Positions 1 to 10,376 of a DNA stretch of 64,000 nucleotides are shown here, in pieces (the first letter of the stretch is position 1; the number at the start of each line of letters is the position of its first letter). Both the position numbers and the translations under genes were made by a program. The notes beneath the pieces were generated by a model. The model saw nothing but the letters and a program-made list of their open reading frames with translations, was not told the origin of the DNA and did no database searches. The stretch spans positions 3,030 through 67,029 of the forward strand of contig RGVZ01000001.1 in NCBI GenBank assembly GCA_010029825.1. The letters run 5' to 3'. Origin of the DNA: a bacterium. GTDB lineage: Bacteria > Bdellovibrionota_B > Oligoflexia > Oligoflexales > RGVZ01.

Positions 1-94
1 AGCGGCAATCCCCCATGTTGCATCGACGGGGGGCGCAAGTAAAGTTAAATAATTTATTTCTCCTTGAAAATCAGTCGGTTGTGACTTCCCTGGC

Positions 95-463
95 TCAGGC
101 CGATTCAAACGCTCCCGTACTCAGGAGGACCAACGTGCAGGCCTCGACCGTGTGGATGCCCGCGGACTCGAGGGATTTTGCCAGCGCCGGGTTTTCGGAT
201 CCGGGGTTGAAGATGACGCGAGACGGTTTCGCCGCGATGAACTGGTCTGTCAACCTTGTCGAGATGTCCGGCCCGACGTAGACGGTGATGGTGTGGATGC
301 CCGGCGGCAATGATTTCAGGTCCGGGACGACGGCCAGGCCTTCGATCGTCTTCTGCGCGGGATTCACCGGGACGACCTGATGATTGCGCGCCATCAGCAT
401 CTTGATCGCCTTGTTCGAGTAACGTTCTGGATTCGGGGAGGCCCCGAGCACCGCGACTTTCAT
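95..463 (-). CDS. CoA-binding domain protein (YccU/YneT-like)
   Basis: Lies within ORF 95..520(-). The in-frame ATG at 463 (MKVAVLGASPNPERYSNKA...) is preceded by GGAGGAG about 8 nt upstream. The sequence pattern is typical of small CoA-binding proteins. Confidence 0.7.
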   Translation of the reverse strand: MKVAVLGASPNPERYSNKAIKMLMARNHQVVPVNPAQKTIEGLAVVPDLKSLPPGIHTITVYVGPDISTRLTDQFIAAKPSRVIFNPGSENPALAKSLESAGIHTVEACTLVLLSTGAFESA

Positions 464-538
464 GTCCAATCTCCTCCGCGTCCAGTGAGGCCCGCGTTTG
501 TTGGCCCGGTTGACGGGCACTGTGATAATATTCCGGAG

Positions 539-1339
539 ATGATCCCCTCGTCACACATTTCCATCTTCTCGCAGAATTGTCCGGTCGATCATTCCGGGAC
601 GGCCCTGCAGATTTCGGGGTGGAAGTGCGACGAAGCCTCTCAGGCCCCAATCGTTTGCCTGCATGACATCGGTGAGTCCGCGGCCATTTACCGTGGCGCG
701 ATTGAATTGCTGGCTTTGAATGGCATCTCCGCTTTTGGTTTTGACATGCGCGGCCACGGGCGCGGTCGCCCCGGCGCCATCAGCGCGGGCTCAATCCGGA
801 CTCTCCAGCGTGACTTGTTGCAGGTAGTTGCCCTCGTCAAACACCAGGAGTCCGGCCTCGCGCCAGTGCTACTCGTGAACGGGCTGTCGGCCGTGTTGGC
901 GCTGCGCCTCGCCCTGACCTACCCGAAACTGGTTTCAGGCCTGGTCCTGGTCGATCCTCCGCATCCGGCGGCGACTGCGGTGTCGCGTTTGCGTCGTGGC
1001 GCGACGCGCTTTCTTGCCGAGGTTGTTCCCGATGTGGAACTCCCGGCGAAAGTCTTGTCGGCGAAGCGGATCCTTAAACCTCATATCGCGGCGTCCATGG
1101 CTCCTGCTGCCGCGCGTGAACTGGTCGATTCCGTGGCGTCGATTCCCGACCAGCTGGCGAAGTTGTCGGGATTTTCCATCCGTTGCCTCGTCATATCGTC
1201 GAATCCCGCGACGGAAAATCTTTGGCGCGGTGAACTGGAATCGCGCACTGGTCGCGTGGATGAGTGCGAGGTCGTTGGATCGCCAGTCGGCACTGGCAGT
1301 CTGCCGGTTCACGTCATTTCCGATTGGTTGCGTCAATGA
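539..1339 (+). CDS. alpha/beta-fold hydrolase (degenerate nucleophile elbow GLSAV)
   Basis: Lies within ORF 380..1339(+). The first ATG clear of the upstream gene is at 539. Contains 'IVCLHDIGES...FGFDMRGHGRG', typical of alpha/beta hydrolases. The stop overlaps the next start (ATGA at 1336). Confidence 0.65.
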   Translation: MIPSSHISIFSQNCPVDHSGTALQISGWKCDEASQAPIVCLHDIGESAAIYRGAIELLALNGISAFGFDMRGHGRGRPGAISAGSIRTLQRDLLQVVALVKHQESGLAPVLLVNGLSAVLALRLALTYPKLVSGLVLVDPPHPAATAVSRLRRGATRFLAEVVPDVELPAKVLSAKRILKPHIAASMAPAAARELVDSVASIPDQLAKLSGFSIRCLVISSNPATENLWRGELESRTGRVDECEVVGSPVGTGSLPVHVISDWLRQ

Positions 1340-3798
1340 ATTTCATGATCCGTTTCCGCAAACCCCGGCCCGTTCGCGATGAGGCCCTGAAATTTGAGAG
1401 CGTGAAATCCCGGGCGCGGCGGATCATGTCCCTGTACGAGGCGGCGACGGTCGCGTTGGTGTTGTTCGCGCTCGGGACCTTGTGGTTTCCCGGGCAGGAA
1501 TGGAGCAACCTGACCCGCGCCCTTGTGGTGGCGCTCCTGTTCGCGTTGGTGGGGCACGTCGCTGCGTTTCGCGCGCGCCAACTGGCCGGCGAAAACCGGG
1601 ACCTGTCCGCGCAGTGGCGCCTCTTGCGCGAGATGCTGGTGCCCGCCGTCCAGTCGCAAGATCCTGCTGACGTGATTTTGCGTCGTCGATTGAGCGCCGA
1701 CCTTGACGCGATCATGCGCCAGCGACGCGCGCGACTGGCGTTGCCCGTAGTGTTCGCGACGCTTTTGCTCGCGGTGGATCCGCCCAGTCCGTCGCGGGGT
1801 TTTGCGCAGCTGCTAAGTGGACTTTCCGTTTGGCGTCCACACGCCGAAATCACGATCCTCAAGGGTGATCCGGAGAATCCGGACGCGTCGGCCACGCCAC
1901 GCGTGGTCTCGATTTACCGTTACCGCGCTCCCGAAATCGAGTTGCTGGAAGGTAACCTGGTCGAGATCGCAGTGCGTGAGGCGGGCAGTCCGGTCATGGA
2001 GTTGCGGGACACCGCCCAGAATTTTGTGATGACAGCGAACAGTGATGGTTCCGCGTCGACCATCACTTTGACCGTGTCCCGTTCCACGGCGGTCTACTTG
2101 AACAATGACGGACGATCGATGCGCCTCGCGCGGATCAAGGTCCTTACCCTGCCCGTACCAAAAGTTTCGTTGTCCTCACCGTCTTATGCCGCGGGGGGTT
2201 CCCGCGGAGATTCCACCGCGCCTTTCGCGGACGCGTGGTTTGATGACAAGCCATTGCCACTGAGGATCGGGGTCCGGGCAGAGGCCCCGGTTGCCACGGT
2301 CAAGTTGTTGATCCGCAGCGGGAAACAGGAATCGGTGGAGAATGTCTTGAATGTTCTCTCGGATGATCGCAGGTCGATTGATACCGATTACAGCGTCACG
2401 CTGGAACCATACATCGATTCCGACCAGGCAGAGGTCACCCTGGTCGCGGTGGCGACCGACCGTGCCGTGCCGAAGCCCCTGACGGGCGCCAGCGAGCCGT
2501 TTAGGGTCCAGGTACTCAGTTCTTATGGTCGATACCGCCGCACGCTGGAAACACTGAAGCAACTCAAATCCAGCCTCGATGACGCCGCGCAGGCTGGTAA
2601 AATTTCGGCCTCCCGTTCGAGGGGCGACATGGACAAGGAAACAAAGCAGGAACTGCAGCGTTTGATGGGCCTCGCGATGCAGCAGTCAGTCGAGTCGCCA
2701 TACTTTGACGCGCTGGACCGCTCCGACCTGGCGTCGTTCCAATCCAAGGTGAATACGGGCACGAATGATGCCGAGGGCGCGCATCTTCTGGATTTGTCGG
2801 CCGAACTCGGCGAATTCCTGTTCCAGCATGAATCGATTGACCAGCGCGAGCGCGACCGGGATTTTTTCGTGGCGATGCGGACGCTCTCGCGTGTGTTGCA
2901 AGTCCCCGGACCCGGCAGGGAGGCATCAGCGGCGCGCATCTTGCCGCGACTATCGCAGTTTCTTGATGAACGGCACAAATTCTGGGCTGCCCGGGTCGAG
3001 CGCCTCGGCAAGGACATGGCGCCACCGCAGTGGCCAGGTGTGCGGGACCAGAAACCATTTCACCGTGCCGTGCGCGAAATGCATCAATCGGTCCTCGACG
3101 ACCATGTGGAAGCGACCCGGGAAACGCGCGGCAAGGAGGCTCTCGCGCGCATTGCCCGGTCTGTCGCGAAGTACCGGTCATGGATTGAGGAACTCGAGGC
3201 GAAAGAGGACGAGGTTCGCAAGCGTCGCGAGGCCGAACGCCAACGTGGGCTTGCCTCCGCTGAGAACGAATTACGCGAATTGCAGAGGCGTCAGGGCGAA
3301 ATTTCAGGAGGCCTGGATCGCGCCCAGCAAAAAAGCGCGTCTGAGATGGAAGGCAAGTGGCCCGGATTGCGCTCCAGCCAGAACAGCAACCTCAAGGGGA
3401 CAAAAGGCCTTGAAGGAAAGATCCGCGCGTTCGCCCCCGGGGCCGAAGGGCGCCTCAAGGCCGCTGTCGAGGCGATGGAGCAGACGCTGGCCAACGGCAA
3501 TACCGGCAACTTCGGGGCAGCCGAGAGCAATTCGGACATGGCCGGGCGTTTGCTTCGCCAGGCCGAGCAAGCCGCCCAGAGGTCGCGCGATTCCGGACAG
3601 GACCGCGGGCGACGACGCCGGGTGAACGGAGACAACTACTACGGACAGGCGATCACGGGCGGCGATGTCGAGATCAAACGCGAATATGAGGTCGACCGGC
3701 GTTACCGCGAGGACATCCTCGATGAGGTTTCGCGGTCACGGGCGGATGATGATGACAAGGCGCTCCTTGACCGGTATACCCGCGAGATTGTCCGCTGA
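1336..3798 (+). CDS. large membrane-anchored coiled-coil protein, function unknown (possibly DUF4175-like)
   Basis: 820-aa ORF from the ATG at 1336, translationally coupled to the hydrolase. Has N-terminal hydrophobic segments, a long Arg/Glu-rich coiled-coil C-terminal half and the tail '...ALLDRYTREIVR'. The family assignment is from memory only. Confidence 0.55.
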   Translation: MNFMIRFRKPRPVRDEALKFESVKSRARRIMSLYEAATVALVLFALGTLWFPGQEWSNLTRALVVALLFALVGHVAAFRARQLAGENRDLSAQWRLLREMLVPAVQSQDPADVILRRRLSADLDAIMRQRRARLALPVVFATLLLAVDPPSPSRGFAQLLSGLSVWRPHAEITILKGDPENPDASATPRVVSIYRYRAPEIELLEGNLVEIAVREAGSPVMELRDTAQNFVMTANSDGSASTITLTVSRSTAVYLNNDGRSMRLARIKVLTLPVPKVSLSSPSYAAGGSRGDSTAPFADAWFDDKPLPLRIGVRAEAPVATVKLLIRSGKQESVENVLNVLSDDRRSIDTDYSVTLEPYIDSDQAEVTLVAVATDRAVPKPLTGASEPFRVQVLSSYGRYRRTLETLKQLKSSLDDAAQAGKISASRSRGDMDKETKQELQRLMGLAMQQSVESPYFDALDRSDLASFQSKVNTGTNDAEGAHLLDLSAELGEFLFQHESIDQRERDRDFFVAMRTLSRVLQVPGPGREASAARILPRLSQFLDERHKFWAARVERLGKDMAPPQWPGVRDQKPFHRAVREMHQSVLDDHVEATRETRGKEALARIARSVAKYRSWIEELEAKEDEVRKRREAERQRGLASAENELRELQRRQGEISGGLDRAQQKSASEMEGKWPGLRSSQNSNLKGTKGLEGKIRAFAPGAEGRLKAAVEAMEQTLANGNTGNFGAAESNSDMAGRLLRQAEQAAQRSRDSGQDRGRRRRVNGDNYYGQAITGGDVEIKREYEVDRRYREDILDEVSRSRADDDDKALLDRYTREIVR

Positions 3799-3835
3799 AT
3801 TTTTTTTTGATTCGCGGCCGCGGGGGTGAAGTCCC

Positions 3836-4147
3836 TTGGACTTGAAGATGGTCCACGAAAAATTGATTCGCTCGATCCAGCGCTTCGCCCAGGAGGCGAT
3901 GAATGCCCGGCAGGTTGCCCGGCGCCTTGAGTCCCTGTTGCCGCTGCGCCTGAAGGAAGTCGAGCGCCGTTTCCGTGGCGAAATTCCCGTGGCCGAGGCC
4001 CAGCGCAAAGCCTTGTGCGACAAGACTTATCTTGATTTTGTCGAGGAATATTCCGCCATCCACGGTGACGCGATCACTGGCCGGGTCCAGTACGAAACCC
4101 ACATGATGCTTTTTGAGGCACGGCGCAGCCTGCGCAAACGCGTTTGA
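3836..4147 (+). CDS. hypothetical small protein
   Basis: 103-aa ORF with protein-like composition and no competing gene. The start is uncertain (TTG 3836 or ATG 3848). Confidence 0.4.
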   Translation: MDLKMVHEKLIRSIQRFAQEAMNARQVARRLESLLPLRLKEVERRFRGEIPVAEAQRKALCDKTYLDFVEEYSAIHGDAITGRVQYETHMMLFEARRSLRKRV

Positions 4148-4242
4148 ATCCGCGCTGGCCGTGTCTCTTGCCTCGACACGACGCAAACTTCCCTGTAAAA
4201 TTGACGGGTTGAAACTCTCTTCCCATCCCGCTTCCATGGGGG

Positions 4243-6258
4243 TTGTCCGTGTCTGTTTTGAACGTCTTGTTCGCGATCATCGCCATCGGCGTTTTCGGTT
4301 TCTTTGGGTACAACGTGCTCAAACTCTGGCGGTGGTTCCACATCGGCGCTGCTCCCGAGGAAGTTCGCGCGGACAAGATCGCGGACCGCGTCCACGGAGT
4401 TGTTGTCGGGGGTTTCATCCAGCCCAGGATGTTCAAGGAATTCCTTCCCGGATTGATGCACGCGATCATTTTCTGGGGTTTCGTTACAGTAACGATCGGC
4501 ACGCTCGAGACGTTGCTGCACGGGATCTATTCACCGTTCAGTTTCCAGTGGATTCTTGGCGATGGCGCCGTGTGGCGCTTATACCTGACGGCGCAAGATA
4601 TCGCGAACTTCGCGGTCGTCATCGCGATCGTCTGGGCAATCAGCCGTCGCCTGTTCTTCGCGCCGGCGCGCTTGCGGAGTCTTGGCAAGGATTCGAAGGT
4701 CGACGCCCTGGTTGTTCTTTCGTTCATCCTCGGTCTTGTGACGACATCGCTGATTTACATGGGCGGCAAGACGTTCATGTCCCTTGATGCCGGTGGTTTG
4801 CCGGGTGAGCCGCTCACGATGTCACGCATCTTCGGGGGCACCCTGGGCAACGTGTTCGGTGTCTCGACCCCGGAAGGTTGGGAAGGTTTTTCTCATGGTT
4901 TCTGGTGGTTCCACTGCGCGATCCTGTTCACGTTCACAAGTTTCATCCCGTACTCAAAGCACCAGCATTTCGTCTGGGTTTGGCCGAATATCTTCTTCCG
5001 TTCGCTGAAGCCGCGTGGCCGTTTGCGCCCGATGGAATTCAAGGATGACGCGGAATCGTTCGGCGCCGGCAAGGTCCAGGACTTTACGTGGAAACAACTT
5101 CTTGACGGGTACACCTGCGTCGAATGTGGTCGTTGCACCTCGCAGTGTCCGGCCTCCAACACCGGCAAGCCACTGGACCCACGCCTCATCATCAAACACC
5201 TGAAAACGGCGGTGACCGAGGCCGCGACCTTGCCCCAGGACAAGCAGCGTCCCCTCATCGACGGCATTGTGACGCGTGACGAACTTTGGAGCTGCACGAC
5301 TTGCGGCGCCTGCATGGAAGCCTGCCCGTTGTTTATCGAGCACATCCCGGCGATCGTCGACATGCGGCGCTACATGACATTGACCGAAGGACAATTCCCT
5401 CCGGAACTCGCCAACACGTTCAAGAATCTCGAGAACAACTTCTCGCCTTGGGCGATGAACCCGTCGACCCGCGCCGACTGGGCCAAGGGCCTCGGCGTGA
5501 CGACCATGGCCGAGAAAAAGGATGTCGAGTACCTGTTCTGGGTGGGTTGCGCGGGATCTTACGACGAACGTTACAAGAAAGTATCGCGATCGATCGTGAA
5601 GATCATGCAGTCGGCAGGCGTCAGTTTCTCGATCCTCGGCACCGAGGAAAAGTGCAATGGTGACACGGCACGGCGCCTCGGCAACGAGTACCTGGCCAAC
5701 GCGGCGATCGAGGAAAATGTCGGCACGATGAAGAAATACAACGTCAAGAAAGTGGTGACGGGATGTCCGCACTGCTTCAACACGATCAAGAACGAGTACC
5801 CGGACTTTGGCTTCCAGGCAGAGGTCGTACACCACTCGGAGTTGATCACGGATCTCGTCAAGTCCGGCAAGATCAAGCCTTCCGCAATCCCGGCGGAGGC
5901 CGCGAACCCTGAAATGACCTATCACGATTCGTGTTACCTCGGTCGCCACAACGAAGTTTACGAGAGTCCGCGTCAGGCTCTCGAGGCTGTTCCCAACGTC
6001 AAGTTGACCGAGATGCCGCGCAGCCGCGAGCAAGGATTCTGCTGCGGCGCGGGGGGCGGTCGCATGTGGATGGAGGAGCACCTCGGCACGCGCGTCAACA
6101 ATAACCGCGCCGAGGAGGCCATCAAGACCGGAGCCAAGACCGTCGCGGTCGCATGCCCGTTCTGCATGACGATGATGACCGACGGCGTGAAGGCAAACGG
6201 CAAGGCCGACGAAGTCGCGGTCAAGGACATCTCGGAGATTATCGCGGACAGCATTTGA
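4243..6258 (+). CDS. membrane-bound (Fe-S)-binding oxidoreductase, HdrD/GlpC-like with CCG domains
   Basis: Has an N-terminal multi-TM region. Contains two 4Fe-4S motifs ([24 protein letters not shown]) and two Cys-rich CCG-type regions (GCPHCF..., CCGAGGG...ACPFCMTMM). The start codon is TTG. Confidence 0.85.
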   Translation: MSVSVLNVLFAIIAIGVFGFFGYNVLKLWRWFHIGAAPEEVRADKIADRVHGVVVGGFIQPRMFKEFLPGLMHAIIFWGFVTVTIGTLETLLHGIYSPFSFQWILGDGAVWRLYLTAQDIANFAVVIAIVWAISRRLFFAPARLRSLGKDSKVDALVVLSFILGLVTTSLIYMGGKTFMSLDAGGLPGEPLTMSRIFGGTLGNVFGVSTPEGWEGFSHGFWWFHCAILFTFTSFIPYSKHQHFVWVWPNIFFRSLKPRGRLRPMEFKDDAESFGAGKVQDFTWKQLLDGYTCVECGRCTSQCPASNTGKPLDPRLIIKHLKTAVTEAATLPQDKQRPLIDGIVTRDELWSCTTCGACMEACPLFIEHIPAIVDMRRYMTLTEGQFPPELANTFKNLENNFSPWAMNPSTRADWAKGLGVTTMAEKKDVEYLFWVGCAGSYDERYKKVSRSIVKIMQSAGVSFSILGTEEKCNGDTARRLGNEYLANAAIEENVGTMKKYNVKKVVTGCPHCFNTIKNEYPDFGFQAEVVHHSELITDLVKSGKIKPSAIPAEAANPEMTYHDSCYLGRHNEVYESPRQALEAVPNVKLTEMPRSREQGFCCGAGGGRMWMEEHLGTRVNNNRAEEAIKTGAKTVAVACPFCMTMMTDGVKANGKADEVAVKDISEIIADSI

Positions 6259-6307
6259 TCCTGTTCCGCGCCGGTATCCAATAACACTTTTGTGGAAGGA
6301 GTCACGG

Positions 6308-7738
6308 ATGACGGTCACCACAATGCGCCTTGCCCTTGTTGGCGCGCTGGCTTTGTACTCCGCGGCGGCGGACGCCAAAAGTCCCCCGCCCGGCATTCTT
6401 TACAGAAACAACCCGCAGGCAGCCGCGGACGGAGACCCTTCGTTCTTCGTCAGGAAAATGCCCAACGGGCTGGAACTGGTCATGGTCCCGTCGGCGAAGG
6501 TCCCGTTGGCGACCATCGTGATCGCTGCCAAGGCGGGCGCGATGACCGAGACGCCGGATATCAACGGCCTGACGCACCTTTGGGAACACATGTTTTTCAA
6601 GGGCAACAAGCGCCTGCCAAATCAGGAAGCCTTCATGAACCGGGTGCGCGAGCTTGGCATCATGTTCAATGGCGACACATCGTCCGAGGTTGTCCGTTAT
6701 TTCTTCACGCTGCCATCGGCGTACCTCGATGAGGGTTTGCAATTCATGAGCGACGCGATCGCGACGCCATTGTTGGAACAGAACGAACTCGAGAGAGAGC
6801 GCCGTGTCGTTCTCGACGAGTACGACCGTGACGCGTCGTCGCCATCCTTTGACCGCGACAACCTGACCCGCGTCCTCACATACGGTCCCAACGATTACCG
6901 CCGGGACGCGCTCGGGAAGAGGAAAGTCGTCGAGAGCGCGACGCGCGAGCAATTGTTGCGCATCAAGTCAGAGGTTTTCACTCCGGGGAATTGCGCCCTT
7001 CTTGTCGGTGGCGATTTTGACAAGGCGACCCTGCCGTCCCTCGTCGAGAAACATTTCGGCTCGTGGGCGAATCCCCAGGGCTGGAAACCAGTATCGCGTC
7101 CTGAGATCACGGGAATCCACAAACCGGCTGACTTTGTCATGACGCGCAAGGACGTCGAGAACGCGGACGTCCAGATCACGTTTGCCGGTCCCCGCGCCCT
7201 CATCGACCAGAAAGACACGTATCCCGCTGATTTGCTCAGTCGCATGCTGGGTCACAAGAACGGCCGGTTCTACAAGAAGTTCGTGGACTCGGGCCTGACG
7301 TTGTCGGCCGGCGCGGGATACTTCACCCAGGCTGATGCCGGCGATTTCTCGATCTTCGCCTCGATGCAGCCGTCCAGGGCAAAGGAAGTCCGGGAAATGT
7401 TGTTGAAGGAGATCGCCGAGTGGCGCCGGCCGGGCTATTTCACCCAGGAGCAATTCGAGGACGCGAAACGCGGTTTCCAGATCGAGCGCAAGTTCGAGTT
7501 GAACAAGATCTCCGAGTACACGAAATCTCTGGCCTTCTGGTGGGCAATCGCCGGCCTTGATTATTACAGCGGGTACCTTGACCGTCTTCAGGCCACACAC
7601 ATGAGTGATGTCCAGGCATTTGTTTCGCGTTGGCTGGTGAAAAAGCCTTATGTGAGCTCAATTTTCATGTCGCCGGAATCGGCAGGCAAGGTTGGCCTGG
7701 TCGACAACTCGGCAGGCCTGGCGGAGGTCCGGAAATGA
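6308..7738 (+). CDS. M16 family zinc peptidase (insulinase-like), catalytic subunit
   Basis: The ATG at 6308 follows GAAGGAG. Has a signal peptide (MTVTTMRLALVGALALYSAAADA) and the inverted zinc motif HLWEH. Confidence 0.85.
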   Translation: MTVTTMRLALVGALALYSAAADAKSPPPGILYRNNPQAAADGDPSFFVRKMPNGLELVMVPSAKVPLATIVIAAKAGAMTETPDINGLTHLWEHMFFKGNKRLPNQEAFMNRVRELGIMFNGDTSSEVVRYFFTLPSAYLDEGLQFMSDAIATPLLEQNELERERRVVLDEYDRDASSPSFDRDNLTRVLTYGPNDYRRDALGKRKVVESATREQLLRIKSEVFTPGNCALLVGGDFDKATLPSLVEKHFGSWANPQGWKPVSRPEITGIHKPADFVMTRKDVENADVQITFAGPRALIDQKDTYPADLLSRMLGHKNGRFYKKFVDSGLTLSAGAGYFTQADAGDFSIFASMQPSRAKEVREMLLKEIAEWRRPGYFTQEQFEDAKRGFQIERKFELNKISEYTKSLAFWWAIAGLDYYSGYLDRLQATHMSDVQAFVSRWLVKKPYVSSIFMSPESAGKVGLVDNSAGLAEVRK

Positions 7739-9099
7739 AAAAGACCCTGTTACTTTCTTTTCTGGTCGCGATTCAGTCCGCTACCGGCGGCGCCGCGAAT
7801 CTCGTCAAAAAAGAATCCGTAGAGGCCCAGAAGAAGGCGACGACGAAGGTGGTTCTTGACTCAGGCGTCACCGTTATCCTGCGTCGCGTGCCTGATTCCG
7901 GAATCACCAGCATCGCCGTTGGGTTTGATTCCGGTTCCGCGAACATGCCGGCTGGTCGCCGGGTTTTGGGTGACTGGGCCATGTCCGTCATGGCGCGCGC
8001 GGCGAAAGGTTTCCCGAAGGCAAAGCTCAACGCGCTGACCGAGCGCTACTCGATCGCCATGGGGTGTGATGGCGGCATCGAATTTTCAAATTGCGCGATG
8101 ACTTCTCTGAGCCCGTATTGGAGCCAGGCTTTCCCCGCCTTTGTCGCGGTGGTCAAGAATCCCACGTTCGACGCGACGGATGTGAGGATCCAGAAGGAAC
8201 GGATGGTCGCTTCCTTCCAGGCGATGTCCGAGAATCCTGGGTCCTGGTCCAACGACGTTGTCAATCGTATCTACTATCCGGCCGGTCATCCCTATCGTTT
8301 GCTGCGCGACGAGGCCCTTGGCGAACTGGGCAAACTTTCACGTGACGACGTTGTCGCGTATCACAAGTCCCTCATGGCTGGACCGCCGCCCGTGATCGTT
8401 GTGGTCTCGGACATGGAGGACAACGTGGTCCTGGCAGACATCCGCAAGTCCTTTGGCTCATGGACTGGCAAGCCTCGCGACGGACTGGTGGTCGAGAACC
8501 CGGCCTTTGACCCGGCGAATATCCTGTCGATCGAGGACCGCGACATTCCGACGGCGTACATGCGTTTCAAATTTCCCGCGATTGGCGCGGCAGGCAAGGA
8601 CAGTGTCGCGTCCCGCCTGGTCTTCGAGGTTTTCAACGAGGAACTCTGGGACGAGGTCCGCACGCGCAAGTCGCTCTCGTACGGGGTAGGCGCGGCGCAG
8701 GTCCAGATGCGCAAGGGAATCGGATCGATCTCCGTCTCGACTTCAAAGCCGCAGGAGACATTGGACGCGATCGCGAGTGTCATCCAGAAAATGAAAAGAA
8801 AAAGCTTCACGCAGGCGGAACTGGACCGGTTCAAGGTCGTTTTCAGCACCTCGTATTTTTTGACCCAGGAGACGCATGGCGGAATCGCGGGGGCTTTGCT
8901 CGGGACCTATAACTATTACGGATCGACCGATCCGCTGTATGACCTGCCGGCTGACCTGGAGCGTGTGACGATCGACGACGTGCAAAGAATCTCGCAAGAG
9001 CTGTTCAAGCAAATGCGTGTCGGGGTGGTGTACGCGAAGGCGAAATTCAATCCGGCCTGGGTGACGTCGTTCAACGACAAGATCAAATCAGCGAAGTAA
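7735..9099 (+). CDS. M16 family peptidase-like protein, non-catalytic partner (no HxxEH)
   Basis: ATGA overlap with the upstream M16 gene. Has a signal peptide (MKKTLLLSFLVAIQSA), M16-like length and pattern, and lacks the zinc motif. Confidence 0.75.
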   Translation: MKKTLLLSFLVAIQSATGGAANLVKKESVEAQKKATTKVVLDSGVTVILRRVPDSGITSIAVGFDSGSANMPAGRRVLGDWAMSVMARAAKGFPKAKLNALTERYSIAMGCDGGIEFSNCAMTSLSPYWSQAFPAFVAVVKNPTFDATDVRIQKERMVASFQAMSENPGSWSNDVVNRIYYPAGHPYRLLRDEALGELGKLSRDDVVAYHKSLMAGPPPVIVVVSDMEDNVVLADIRKSFGSWTGKPRDGLVVENPAFDPANILSIEDRDIPTAYMRFKFPAIGAAGKDSVASRLVFEVFNEELWDEVRTRKSLSYGVGAAQVQMRKGIGSISVSTSKPQETLDAIASVIQKMKRKSFTQAELDRFKVVFSTSYFLTQETHGGIAGALLGTYNYYGSTDPLYDLPADLERVTIDDVQRISQELFKQMRVGVVYAKAKFNPAWVTSFNDKIKSAK

Positions 9100-10021
9100 T
9101 CGCGGCCTTGATGTCGTCAGAGTGGACCAGGCGGGCGTCTTTGGGGATCTGACGCTTTGCCAGGCCCGCGAGAACCTTGCCCGGGCCGATCTCGACAAAG
9201 TCGGTGCAGCCAGCCGCGACCGCGGTCTCCAACGTCTGGGTCCAGAGAACGCTGTGGTCGATCTGCTCGATGAGGTGCTGGATCTGGTAGGGGTTTTCAA
9301 TCTTGCCCGTGCGGTTCGCGATGACTTTCACTGGCGAATCGCAGAGAGGCGTGTCGCGCAGCAATGGCTCCATCGCTTCCCGCGCCTTGGTCATCAAAGA
9401 GGAATGAAACGGGGCGCTGACGGGCAGCATCACGCAGCGGGCCTTGTCAGCCTCGAGAGCCTTGACGAGGTCCTCGACGGCAGCCTTGTGTCCGGCGACG
9501 ACGAGTTGTTGCGGGCTGTTGAAATTCACGACCTCGACGACGCTGCCAGGGCGGGAAATTTCCGCTGCGCGGGCTTGCAAGGCCTCCGGGGCGACGCCCA
9601 TGACCGCGGCCATGGCACCCGTACCCGCGGGAACTGCCGCCTGCATCGCCTCGCCACGACGGCGGACCAGGAACGCGGCGCGCCCGAGGGCCAATTTGCC
9701 GGCGCCGACCAGCGCCGAGTATTCTCCGAGGCTGTGCCCCGCGAACCATTGGGCCTTGAAGCCTGCCTCCTGTTCGAGGACGAGCCATGTGGCCGCGCTG
9801 ACCGTCAGGATGCAGGGTTGGGTGTTGGCCGTGAGCTTGAGTTCTTCCTCGGGACCGTCAAGGCAGAGCTTGCGGATGTTGATCTTGGCAGCATCCTCGG
9901 CTTCCTCGAAAGCAACCTTGCAACCGGGGAACTCAGAAAGCAATTGCCGCCCCATTCCGACATACTGTGACCCCTGTCCAGGGAACATCGCCAGAGTGGT
10001 AGCGGCATTGAGTTTCGACAT
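9083..10021 (-). CDS. fabD: malonyl CoA-ACP transacylase
   Basis: Contains 'MFPGQGSQYVGMG' and 'GHSLGEYSAL'. Lies 11 nt downstream of rpmF. Confidence 0.92.
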   Translation of the reverse strand: MSKLNAATTLAMFPGQGSQYVGMGRQLLSEFPGCKVAFEEAEDAAKINIRKLCLDGPEEELKLTANTQPCILTVSAATWLVLEQEAGFKAQWFAGHSLGEYSALVGAGKLALGRAAFLVRRRGEAMQAAVPAGTGAMAAVMGVAPEALQARAAEISRPGSVVEVVNFNSPQQLVVAGHKAAVEDLVKALEADKARCVMLPVSAPFHSSLMTKAREAMEPLLRDTPLCDSPVKVIANRTGKIENPYQIQHLIEQIDHSVLWTQTLETAVAAGCTDFVEIGPGKVLAGLAKRQIPKDARLVHSDDIKAAITSLI

Positions 10022-10032
10022 GGTTGGTCGAA

Positions 10033-10245
10033 TCAGGCTTCGGTGGTGAATTCAGAGTTGCTGGTCGACTGTTTCGCCGGCAACACGGACTTGCCTTTGT
10101 AGTGGCCACAGGCTTCACAGACCGAGTGCGGCTTCTTGACCTGTCCGCAGTTTGTGCAGACCGACATGCCAGCTGGCGTCAGGTGGTCGTGTGAACGGCG
10201 CATGTTGCGCTTGGAGCTGGATGTACGAAACTTTGGTGTTGGCAT
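10033..10245 (-). CDS. rpmF: 50S ribosomal protein L32
   Basis: The sequence MPTPKFRTSSSKRNMRRSHDHL...CTNCG...CEACGHYKG is a typical L32 with a zinc ribbon. Confidence 0.92.
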   Translation of the reverse strand: MPTPKFRTSSSKRNMRRSHDHLTPAGMSVCTNCGQVKKPHSVCEACGHYKGKSVLPAKQSTSNSEFTTEA

Positions 10246-10376
10246 GGGATGATACCCCTGGGTAACGGTCGCGCATCAGGCCGCGACTTATGGAACTTCA
10301 AACGGAAACGGTAAAAACCTTGAAAACCTCAAACAAGGGCCTGTCTTTTAGTCTCAAGCTCCGGTCAGGTCAATCG

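Noticed and set aside
4954-6396. 480-aa ORF on the minus strand
   Set aside because: It lies entirely antisense to the well-supported Fe-S oxidoreductase gene. Its Arg/Gly/Asp/Val/His-rich composition is typical of shadow ORFs in GC-rich DNA, and no motif was recognised.
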